Below, in pieces: positions 35,331 through 45,355 of a DNA stretch of 64,000 nt. Position 1 is the stretch's first letter, and every line of letters begins with the position of its first letter. The stretch is taken from the NCBI GenBank assembly GCA_013265495.1, contig MU059403.1, forward strand, positions 1,502,960 to 1,566,959. The letters run 5' to 3'. Source of the stretch: Vicugna vicugna. Taxonomy: Eukaryota. Position numbers and translations under genes: made by a program. The notes below the pieces were generated by a model. The model ran no database searches and was not told where the DNA came from. It saw only the letters and a list, made by a program, of their open reading frames with translations.

Positions 35331-36458
35331 TGACTATTTTGGGGGGTCCGATGAGCTTTATTGTGCCCCATGACGCATTGCCACTGGAGCAACATCTTAT
35401 TCACTGTACATTTCAGCAAAAATTCACAGACTAAACAAAATTTCAGTTGATAAGTGGAAATGAGTGATTGAAAGTCAGTATGAATCCCTTACATCCAATT
35501 TGGCTAGCTCAAACTGTCCCTCACGCCGTGCTTGGACGTGAAAAGCCTCACGCACGCCGTGGACTGGCTCTCAGACAAGGACTGGCTCCCATGATCTTGG
35601 AGGAAACACGGGTATTTCAGACAAGACACGGAGACTGCACTGGGGCCGGGAAGCCAAGGCCTGCAGGGACATCCGAATGGAAAGGCAGCAGCAAAGGATG
35701 GGCGTAGATGCACAGCGGGAAGGGCGGGCGGTGAGCAGGCCCAAAGCCGACGTCAGGTGAGGCCAGCCCCCAGCCCCCGGAGAGCCCCCCGCCGCCCCTC
35801 CGCTCCCCCCGGGAGAGGACAGTATCCCCGCGTCTCTGGTTGGCACTGCCTGGTGTTTCTCTAAAGTGACCTTCCGCCACGCAGCTTAGTTTTATGGCTT
35901 TCATTTTTATACACTGAGAACAATGTATGTTAGTTCTTAGAAACACTGTCCTTTGTCACTACAGCCAAAGTGACCTGTGAGCTCCAGAACAATGCAGGGG
36001 GAGGGAGGGGCAGGCGTGGCGACAAGGAATGAACGGACGGAGACGCCAGTTCTACCCCCACCTCTGGTCGAGGCTTGTGCACCTGCGAGGACCAGCAGGG
36101 GTCTTCCCTCGATGAAACCCTCTACGCCCTGTCCTCCCTCTGACCCTGTGAAGGAGCAGAAGACATCAAAAGAAGGGAAAAGCAAAGGATGCAGATAGTG
36201 CACGGAGCGAGCCCTCACTCTGACTTCCATCCACTGGCTTTTCCTGTTGTCTCTGCCTTTTCCCTGAAGGCAGGCTCTCCCGTGGGGTGCTGACCCAGTG
36301 CAGTGCCAGAAACACGCTGGTCGTCTCATCGTGCTTGTCCACGATGCTGCTGCTGCACCTCTGTGCTGCCAGACACCTCTTCCTAAGGAACCACGTGCAC
36401 TGCCCTCCAGTGAGATTTTACTGTTGATGTTGCTCCTGCCTGAAGAACATACAGGGAC

Positions 36459-36794
36459 TGGGATGGTGAACTTTATAGATGCTGCTGGGAAGCTATTTCT
36501 AGATGAGATGCTCATTTAAATCAGTCCACTTTAAATGAAGCAGATGGGTGGGTGGGCCACATCTAAGCAGTTGAAGACACTAAAAGATGAGGTTCCCCAA
36601 GGAGGACGAAATTCTCCTCCACACGGAATCTCCAGCTGTGGCATCTGCGCCTCCTAGTCTCTGCCAGCTGTTCTACCCTGCAGACGTCAGCTGTGCCACC
36701 TCCCACGATCACGTGAGCCAATCCCTACAGTCAATCAGTCTTTCCCTCTCTCTATATATGTATGTTCTGTTTCCCTAAGGAACCCTGACTGATA
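36459..36794 (+). mobile_element. MLT2D/C-like ERVL solo LTR
   Basis: gatggtgaactttat...catttaaatcagtccacttt...gcagat...gtgggtgggcc...cagttgaag...gaggttcccca...gtgagccaatcc...ttctgtttccctaaggaaccctgactgata. Confidence 0.8.
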
Positions 36795-37635
36795 GAGGCA
36801 CACTTCAGAGCTATCGCAGGTTCAGTTCCAGACCACCGCATTAGAGCGTACGTCACAGTGAGGCAGGTCACAGGAATGGTTTCGGTTTCCCAGGGCACAT
36901 AAAAGTCATGTTGTCACAATACTCCAGTCTATTAAGTGTGCAATAGCATCGTGTCTAGAACACAATGTATATCCCTTAATATGAAAGTACTTTGTTGCTA
37001 AAAGGTGCAAACCATCTTCTGAGCCTCAGCGAGTCGCAATCCTTTTGCTGGTGGAGGGTCCGGCCTTTGTGCTGACGGCCGTTGACGGGTCAGTGTAGTG
37101 GCTGCTGAAGGTTGGGTGACTGCGGCAGTTTCTTAAAATAAGACAACAGTGACGGCGGCCTCATCTCTGGACTCTTCCTTCCCCTGGGACCCTTAGAGAA
37201 TGTTGTGGGGCTGATAATGGGCCTAATTTCAATATTGTGTCTCAGGCAACAGGGAGGCTGAGGGGAGGAGAGAGATGGCGAACAGCTGGTTGGTGGAGCG
37301 GTCACAACACACACGCGTGCGCGCGCACACACACACACACACGGATGAAGTTCGACAGCTTACATGCTGCTGTTTGTGATGCCCCAAAACAATTGCAGCA
37401 GGAGCACGGAAGCCTCCGGTCACAGGTCTCCATGGCAGATGCGATGACAATGAAAGCACGCAGGGTGTTGTGAGAACGACCAAAATGTGACGCAGAGACA
37501 CAAGGTGAGCAGGTGTCGTTGGGAAAACGGCACCAACAGACTTGCTTGACGCAGTGTTGCTGCTGCAGACCTGCCGTCTGTAAAACCGCCGTGTCTGCGA
37601 GGCAGGGATGTGGGCAAATAAAACAGGTCTGCCTG
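36795..37635 (-). mobile_element. Tigger1-derived non-autonomous DNA transposon (about 840 bp, both termini present, transposase deleted)
   Basis: One end reads (ta)gaggcacacttc...gttccagaccaccgca; the other reads aataaaacaggtctgcctg. Internal Tigger1 motifs include ctattaagtgtgcaatagcat, ttcttaaaataagacaaca, gggcctaatttcaatattg and ccaaaatgtgacgcagagacac. The deletion junction is at gactcttcctt (37170-37180). Confidence 0.9.
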
Positions 37636-37852
37636 ACAGCAACCCTCTGCTGCTTGTCGTGAAAAACAGAATGTTTTTCCCCTGAAATAGAAGCCTCCCT
37701 ACGTTTAGGCCTGACTTTGCACATGGAACTTTATTAGCTGCTAGCCTTGCACACACACTTCTGTCTGGTCGTACGTGTCTTCCCCGGAACCACAGTCAAC
37801 TCGTCCCTTCATGAAACATTTTCCTGCCGATGGAACGCCTCTACTTTCTTAC

Positions 37853-38130
37853 CTAAAAGCTAAAAGTTACCATATGATCCAGCAATCCCACTCCCGGGCC
37901 CTTCATCCAGAAAAAATGAAAACTCTAATTTGAAAAGACACATGCACCCCAGTGTTCACAGCAGNNNNNNNNNNNNNNNNNNNNNNNNNNNNNNNNNNNN
38001 NNNNNNNNNNNNNNNNNNNNNNNNNNNNNNNNNNNNNNNNNNNNNNNNNNNNNNNNNNNNNNNNNNNNNNNNNNNNNNNNNNNNNNNNNNNNNNNNNAGC
38101 AACATACTTCAATTTAAAAAAAACAAAATT
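37853..38130 (+). mobile_element. LINE-1 3' fragment (end of ORF2 to poly-A), interrupted by the assembly gap
   Basis: gttaccatatgatccagcaatcccactcc...tgaaaagacacatgcaccccagtgttcacagcag before the Ns and aacatacttcaatttaaaaaaaa after them are both typical cetartiodactyl-type L1 3' motifs. Confidence 0.85.
37965..38097. other. Assembly gap (133 N)
   Basis: Run of N in the sequence. Confidence 1.
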
Positions 38131-39458
38131 AATTAACCCTACACATCTTTCAAAGTTAGTCACATTCCACGTCCTCTGTGATTGTATCTTACTTGATCCG
38201 CAACTGGATCGGCCCTCCAGTCTTCCATTTAGAATTCAACAACCACTCCCAGGGATGCTTCATGTGTTCTGGGACACGTGCCTAGTGGGGCACCGAGACA
38301 GTGTTGTCACAGGTCTCTTGGGCACGAGAAAGCTTGGGGAGCAGAGCTGTAATGAGGCATGACAGCCGGGAGCCGGAGACAGGGTGCTGCTGTGGAGGGA
38401 GGGCTGGTGCTCGGTCCCGGGGGAGCACGGGACTGCCATGGTCCCAGAGCAGCAGACACACTGGTCAGAGATATTCCGGGGAGAGCCAGCCAGATCTCAA
38501 GCTCGATGGGCGCCTAGACAGCTCAGAAACAAACAATGGAGTGGTCTTCCACCTGGTCGGCAGAAGACCCGTCCCCCAGGGACGCGGACGCCTGAGGAGC
38601 CGAGTCCAGACTGACAGTGAGCACCACGCAGACCCACAGGAACTGTCCGTCTGAGCTGGGATGCAGTTGAGAGGTCAAGGACCAGAAACCCAAACCCTGG
38701 ATTGAAGTTTAGCCGGACCGCCAGCGCGGCTTCATTCGAGACTTGCTGCTCTCTTGAGCTGAATGAACACTGTGCCTTCCAGATACCTGTGCCCTGAGCC
38801 CTGCAAGCAAGGGGTGGGGTGCAGGGTGGACAGCATGGTCCTCATCACCCCAACACCCTGCAGAGTAGTGATCGGTCCGTCACGAGATTTAAACGTCATG
38901 GGGTGCAGTCGGGCCCTGTTCCCCATCCTCGCCCTCAAGGAGTGAGGGTGTGCAGTGGCCGGATGGGAGGAGGGAGGTTCGCAAGAATGAAGTGTCCTCT
39001 AGGGACGTGGCGAGCAGCGTGGGCAGGTTGTGGGGACAGAGAACAGCTCTGAGCAGGAAGAGCTGGCTCCCGGCGCCCAGCCTTCCACGGGCAGACTTGT
39101 CGTGCGATCAGGAGCCTGGGGCCCCTAATTTCACGCCCTTTCCTCTCCCTGCAAGAGACCAGCTGTCTGGTTACTCACCCCTCGTAATGTCTCAGTCTCT
39201 GCTTCTAACCAAGGGCTTTTTCTTCTGCCCTTGATTCTGCAGAAAGGCATCAAAATCCCCTTTTCTCCCCAGAAGTTGGTGACCCCCAAGGTTGCCCTCT
39301 CCTGTCTCCTTTTCTGAATCCCGTGCAGTTTGCGTCTTTGACAGGGGAGCCTGCAGGGTGAGGGACAGCCCCTGGTCAGGGACAACGGAGCCACTGCGCT
39401 GCGACCCAGCCCAGCACGCTGAACACATGACATTCTCAGAGCAATCTGGGGGAGACGG

Positions 39459-39548
39459 GAGTGTGTGTGTGTGTGTGCACGTGTGCTTTTGTGTGTCGTG
39501 TTTGTGCATGCACACATGTGTTTGCTTGTGAATGCACGTGTGTGTGTA
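39459..39548. repeat. Degenerate (TG)n low-complexity tract
   Basis: gtgtgtgtgtgtgtgcacgtgtg...tgtgtgtaac. Confidence 0.85.
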
Positions 39549-41235
39549 ACTTGTCTCTTGTCTCTGCTGCACGGCTGGGAAGCCCGGGGCCAGCCTGCCT
39601 GGTGCTTCCACCTATAAACGTGTGATGTGCCTGGATTTCAGACTATTTTTCCTCGTTTTTTTTCTGAGCGCTTGGAGAATTGGGAGCAGCTTTTCAGCCC
39701 CTGGCTCAAGCCCCTGCCTTCCCCCAAGTCACGGGCAGAGGGAGGGTGCGGGAGGAGCCAAGAAGACCCCTTCGCAGAGGCTCAGCCCTTGAAAGCCATG
39801 GAGCCCAGCGGAACGTCCCTCCCAGGACGGCTGGGGCAGAAGGCAGGAGGTCTGAGCCCCTACCAGGCTCACGTCTTGGACCTCCGGTGCAGAGAACTCC
39901 AGTTCCTCCCGGGCTCAACTGGGCTGGACGCTGGGTCCCGCCACGGAGCTGATGAAAGTCCCAGGTGAGTTCCTCCCCTCGGTCCCCCGCTGTGGTCTCT
40001 GTGCCCACCTCCTCCTCCGCCCAGGGCAGGGGGACCCCTGCCTCCCAGGATGGGAAGGAGGCTGAGGGAGGCCAGTCTCCGCTTCGGGCTCTCAGCTGGG
40101 AGTCCACCGCAGGTACCCCTGAGGCTGCGGCCTGGGGGCACGGAGGATGGGAGGGTGCGGACGGAGACGCGTCTTCTCAGGTTAAAGGCCTTTCCTGGCC
40201 CTGGGCTCTGTCTCTCCACCTTTATCTTCCAAACTTCTAGCCGTCTTTCATTTCTGCTGGGTGGAGAGAGTACTCATTTATTTAATTTTTTCCTATTTCT
40301 CCTATCTGGAGAAACTGAAGGCGTCCAGTTCTGGTTCCTGGGGTGCATTGACCCCATAAACCTGAGGACGCCAGGCTGAGGCCTCTGCCACCTGCGCGGG
40401 TCCCCGCCCCCCATACTGGTCCTCTGGTTGGTTTGGGGTTCGTGTCTCCAGGAGAGTCTGCCCCCCTCTCCCGGGGCTCCAGGCCCCGTGGGCCGAGACT
40501 GAGGCCTGAGCAGAGGGTTCTGAGTGTGTGGGGAGGTCCGCCAGCCCTGCTGCTGACTGGACAGGGGCTGGTTGCCCGCCCCACACCTGCAGATCAGCGT
40601 CTTCACGTCTGTCACACTGGCTCTCCTGGAACAGATTCCTGCAGACCATCCTCCTGACCACACGCCATCTCCGGAGGACTGGGGTGAGCAGAGGTCTTCC
40701 CGCCCTTGCCTATGAACCTGCCCTCCACCCAGGCCGCAGGGTCTCAGTGCCCAGCGGTCCTGAGGCCTCGCTGTCGCCTGGTGGAGGGAGAGGCTCCCTG
40801 CTCTGCTCCTGGAGAGAGGACGGGCTTCTCTGGCCCAGAGCTGCCTCTGCAGGCAGACTCCCAGCCTCTTGAAGGCTCCCAGACGTACGTCAGGCTCCCC
40901 GGCCTTTCCCTCTGTCAAGTCACTTTCCACGTGTGCATGGCGTTCCCAAATTCTGCTGCTTTCTCCAGCGTCGTCTCCTCTTCTGCTCTTGCTCCTTGAA
41001 GATGCACGGCTTTAGAAACCCCGCGGCCCGCGCGTCGGAGGGCCTCCTGCAGAGCGGGGTGCCCCGGCCACAGGGGCCACAGGCGCTGAGTGAGCGCGGG
41101 CTGCTGTCTGGACTCCTCTTTTGTTTCTTTCTTTTTTTCCCTGTTTGTTCTAGTGGGCACGCATTTCTTATATTTTGATCAAAACTAAGCTAAATATGGA
41201 ACAAGCCCACCGTTGGCATTTCCATTGTCCCCACG

Positions 41236-41483
41236 GCAGAGAGCAGACATCCGATCCCCTGCACCTCGGCATCTCTGTGGGCGATGGCCCTAAACCGCAT
41301 GTAGGACCGCGCGCGGCGGCGCGGCTTCATCAGCGGTGCCTTCTCCTTCGGTGCGCTGGAAGCAGAGAGCAGACATCCGATCCCCTGCACCTCGGCATCT
41401 CTGCGGGCGATGGCCCTAAACCGCATGTAGGACCGCGCGGCGGCGCGGCTTCATCAGCGGTGCCTTCTCCTTCGGTGCGCTGG
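41236..41483. repeat. Tandem duplication, two near-identical units (124 and 122 bp, period 126)
   Basis: 41236-41359 and 41362-41483 differ only by one T/C substitution and one GC dinucleotide in a (GC)n run. Confidence 0.97.
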
Positions 41484-41671
41484 GTAGCATGACGGCAGCC
41501 TTCCGACGGGCTGCGTCCTCTATGTTCTCATGTCTTACAGAAGTAAGTTAGAAATGTGAAAAAGTACTGAAGAGTCATAAAATACCTTGGCAAATTCTTA
41601 AATGACAAAAAAATTCTCAAAATAGATCAAGGGTTAAAACCTGCCCCCGATGATCCCCAACACCAACACTA

Positions 41672-41694
41672 TAAACAAACAAACAAACAAAAAA
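41672..41694. repeat. (AAAC)n microsatellite
   Basis: aaacaaacaaacaaacaaaaaaa. Confidence 0.9.
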
Positions 41695-41982
41695 ATTCGA
41701 GACTATTCTTTTTCGGCCAAATCGTTTCAGCCACACTTTTGCGCTGACCAGCGTTCCAAATTACGGTCTTTCCGGAGCGCGAGCGCTCCCAAACGCCCCT
41801 TAGCTGAACGTTAAGCTGACAGTCAGGAAATCGCGGTACCAGTCGCACTGCCCGAGCAAAGCCGCTTCCTCTCGTTTCCTTGGGTCTCCTTGTGGATAAC
41901 AGATTCAACCCTTACGGTCAAGACTCCATTCTCTGCTAGTAAACCAAGGTGTGTTTCCAGGGAAACCGTTTTTGACGTTAAT

Positions 41983-44278
41983 CACTTGCTGTGTCTCGTC
42001 TCTTTGATAACAGCTATTCTAACAGGTGTGAGGTGATGCCTCACTGTGGTTTCAGTTTGCAATTTTTTAGCGATTAATGATGCTGAACACATTTTCATGT
42101 ATCTGTTGGCCATCTGTATGTCTTCTTTGGAAGAATGTCTATTCAGATCATCTGCCCATTTTAAAATTAGATTTTTTTTGTTGCTATTGAGTTGTATGAG
42201 TTCTTCATATATTCTGGATGTTAACCCCTTAAACAGGTACATGATTTGCAAATATTTTCTTTCATTCAGCAGGTTGCTTTGCACTTTGCTGGTGGTTTCT
42301 TTGGCTGTGTACAAGCTTTTAAGTTTAGTATTCTCAGTTGTTTATTTTTGCTTTTGGTGTCAGATTAAAAAAAAAATCACCACCAAGACCCATGTCAAGC
42401 AGCTTACCATTTATATTTTCTTCCAGGCGTTTTATGGTTTCAGGCCTTGCCTTCAAGTCTTTAGTCCATTTGAGTTAATTTTGGGTACAGTGCAAGATAG
42501 GGATCTGATGTCATTCTTTTCTGTGTGGCTGCCCAGTTTTCCCAACACCATCCATTGAAGAAACTGTCCTTCCTCGCTGTATATTCTCAGCACCTTTGTT
42601 CTAAATTAATTGACCATATATGCATAGCTTTACTTCTGGGCTGTAAATTTTATTCCATTGATCCATGTGTCTGTTTTAATGCCAATACCGTACTGTTTTA
42701 ATTACCATAGCTTTGTAACACAATTTGAAATCAAGGAGTGTGATGTCTCCAGCTTTGTTCTTCTTTCTCAATATTGCTTTTGCTATTTGGGGTCTTCTGT
42801 GGTTCCACACAAATTTTAGTATTGTTCTATTTCTGTGACAAATACAAATGGAATTTTGCATTGAATCTGTAACTTGCTTTGGATAGTATGGGCATTTTAA
42901 TAATAGTAATTTTTCCAAACTGTGAGTATGAAATATCTTTCCATTTATTTGTGCCTTCTTCAGTTTCTTTCATTAACATTTTGTTTTCAACACAGAGATC
43001 TTTCACCTCCTTGGTTAAATTTATTTCAAGGCATTTTATTCTTTTTGATGCAATTGTACAAGGGACTTTTTAAAAATTTCTCTTTCTGATAGTTTGTTAT
43101 TGGAAATGCAACAGATTTTTGTTTACTGATTTTGTATTCTGTGATTTTACTGAATTCATTTATTAGTTCTAACAAGTTTTTGATGGAGTCTTAGGGTTTT
43201 GTATATGTAATATTATGTCACCTGCAAATAGTGATAATTTTACTTCTTTTCCAATTTGGGTGACTTAACAATTCTTTTCATTACCTGATTCCTGCGGCTA
43301 CAACTTCCAGTACTGTGTTTAAAAAAAGCGGCAAGTGTGGGCATCTTGTCTCATCCCTGATCTTGGAGGAAGAGCTTTCAGCTTTTCACCACTGAGTATG
43401 ATGGCAGCTGTCGGCTTGCCATGTGTGGTCTTTTTTAATGTTGAGGTGTATTCCCTCTATACTCACTGTTTTGGGAATTTTTATCACAGATAAATGTGGA
43501 ATTTTCTCAGAGCATTTTCTGTATCTAGTGAGATGATCATATAATTTTTATCTTCCATTTTGTTACAGTGGTGACTCACATTCACTGATTCGTGGGTGTC
43601 GAACCATCCTTGCATCCCTGGGCTGAACCCACTTGATCATGACGCAGGCTCTCTGAGTGTACCGTTGAGCTAGACTTGCTGACATTTTGCTTCGGATTTT
43701 CTCATCTACGGTTCTTCAGGGATATTGGCCTGTACTTCCCTTTCCTTGTGGCGACTTCGTCTGGTTTTGGTATTAGGATGACGCTGGCCTGGTAAAACGC
43801 ATTTGGAAGTGTCCCCCCGTTCTAATTTTTGGAAGAGCTGGAGGAGGATTCTCTCTGAATGTTTGATAGAACACACCAATGAAGCCTGTGGGCCCTGTTT
43901 GCGGGGAGGTTTTTGATTACTGATGTAATCTTCTCGCTGGTAATCGGTCTGCTCGGATTTTCTATTTCTTCATGATTCAGCCTTTGTAAGTTGTTTATTT
44001 CCCGGAATTTATCCATCCTTCTAGATGATCCAATTTGGTGTATAACTGTTCATAGTAATCTCTTATGGCCCTTTGCACTTCTGTGGTGTCAGTTATAACT
44101 CCTCTTTTACTTCCAATTTTATGTATTTGAGTCCTCTCTCCTTCCTTCTCGGTGGGTCTAGCTGAAGGCTTGTCAATTTGGTTTATCAGAGAACTGGCTC
44201 TTACCTTCACTGATCTTTTCTGTTGTGTTTTTAGTCTCTATTTCGTTGACTTCTACTCCGATCTTTGTTGTTTCCTTC
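41983..44278 (-). mobile_element. LINE-1 fragment (degenerate ORF2: linker, RT and C-terminal regions), truncated at both ends
   Basis: Minus-strand ORF pieces read as L1 ORF2p, e.g. [101 protein letters not shown] and IRDYYEQLY. The block is AT-rich and carries many stops and frameshifts. Confidence 0.97.
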
Positions 44279-44815
44279 GGGCGACTGCATTGTAATATGC
44301 AGCTCAGAGCTGGGGAAAGGAGGGTTCTAATGGAATGCCGTCCTGGCGTGTGCACTGGGCCAGGGAAGGGGGAGGGGTGGCTGAAGATAATTGAAAGGTT
44401 TCTTTATTGGAGTCTCTTCTTACACTGCTTTCTGTCAGTATAACTCACATCTGTGTGGTCCACCAGTTGTGGAGTGTTCCTGGCAAGTCGTATTCTGTTT
44501 CCATTTAAAAACTTTTTCTTCCCCCTAAAGGCAGGTCTCCCATGAAGAAAGGAACAAAGGGTGCCTGACTGCAGCTAAGGAGGAGGGAGAACCCAAAGGT
44601 GGTTTGGGGCATCTGAGTCAGGAGTCGTCTGGCCCTGCGCATTTAGTTAGCCCTGCACTCTCGCCCTCTGCCATCGGCAGTCTCGGTAGTGATGAGCTTT
44701 AAGAATGATTACTATTTTTAGCTCTGTGACTGTCACATTCTGTAAGTTTCATATACTAATAAACCTGGTTTCATGAATGGAGAGGCAAAAATAGCCTCTG
44801 GGTATTCTGGATACA
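44279..44815 (+). mobile_element. Possible ancient LTR abutting the L1 5' truncation
   Basis: Abrupt change of composition at the L1 edge, an AATAAA at about 44758 and an ...ataca end; family not recognised. Confidence 0.25.
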
Positions 44816-45194
44816 AACTGATTTCAGTAAGCCTGTGCAGCCTGCGGGCAGCTGTGGTGTCTGACCTGATGGTGGCTTGGTTAGACCAGGATGTCTCTGG
44901 TCCTTTCAGAACAGTGCAGACGTCTCCTGTCAACTTTAGAGGGGCCATTCTCACCGTAAAAGTAGAAATTTTGTATTTGGCTTTGCGAAACTGAACTTTC
45001 TTTAAAAAGGTTACGCCTTACCTTGGAAAGCGCTGCGGTGGGACTGAAGCATCACCAATGAATTGGAAAGAGCTGAAAGGGCTTTTTTCACTTGTCTGGT
45101 GGTGGGTCCCAAGGAACAGACAAAGCAGCGGCCGTGGGGACGGCGTGTCCCTGTGCTGACAGGTGCTGACTCCAGCGGAGGGAGGGCCCTGGGC

Positions 45195-45355
45195 TGGGGG
45201 AAGGCCAGGTTAGGGCCCTGCCCCTACCACTTCCTACTCGTGTAAATCCAGGCGGGTCCTGCTACCTCCTCGGCCTTATTTTTATAATCTGTAAAATAGG
45301 GGCTTTGCAGAGTTTCTGCTCAAATTAATTAAATGATATGTACCAAACACCCAGA
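45195..45355 (+). mobile_element. MIR SINE remnant
   Basis: ccacttcctactcgtgt...ggccttatttttataatctgtaaaataggg...aattaaatgatatgtacc. Confidence 0.55.

Noticed and set aside
41892-41900. TGTGGATAA, a bacterial DnaA-box match
   Set aside because: A single 9-mer is expected by chance, and the flanks are continuous with mammalian repeats, so contamination is not indicated.
41982-44355. L1 ORF2-like ORFs as a functional retrotransposase
   Set aside because: Fragmented by stops and frameshifts; promoter, ORF1, endonuclease and 3' end are missing.
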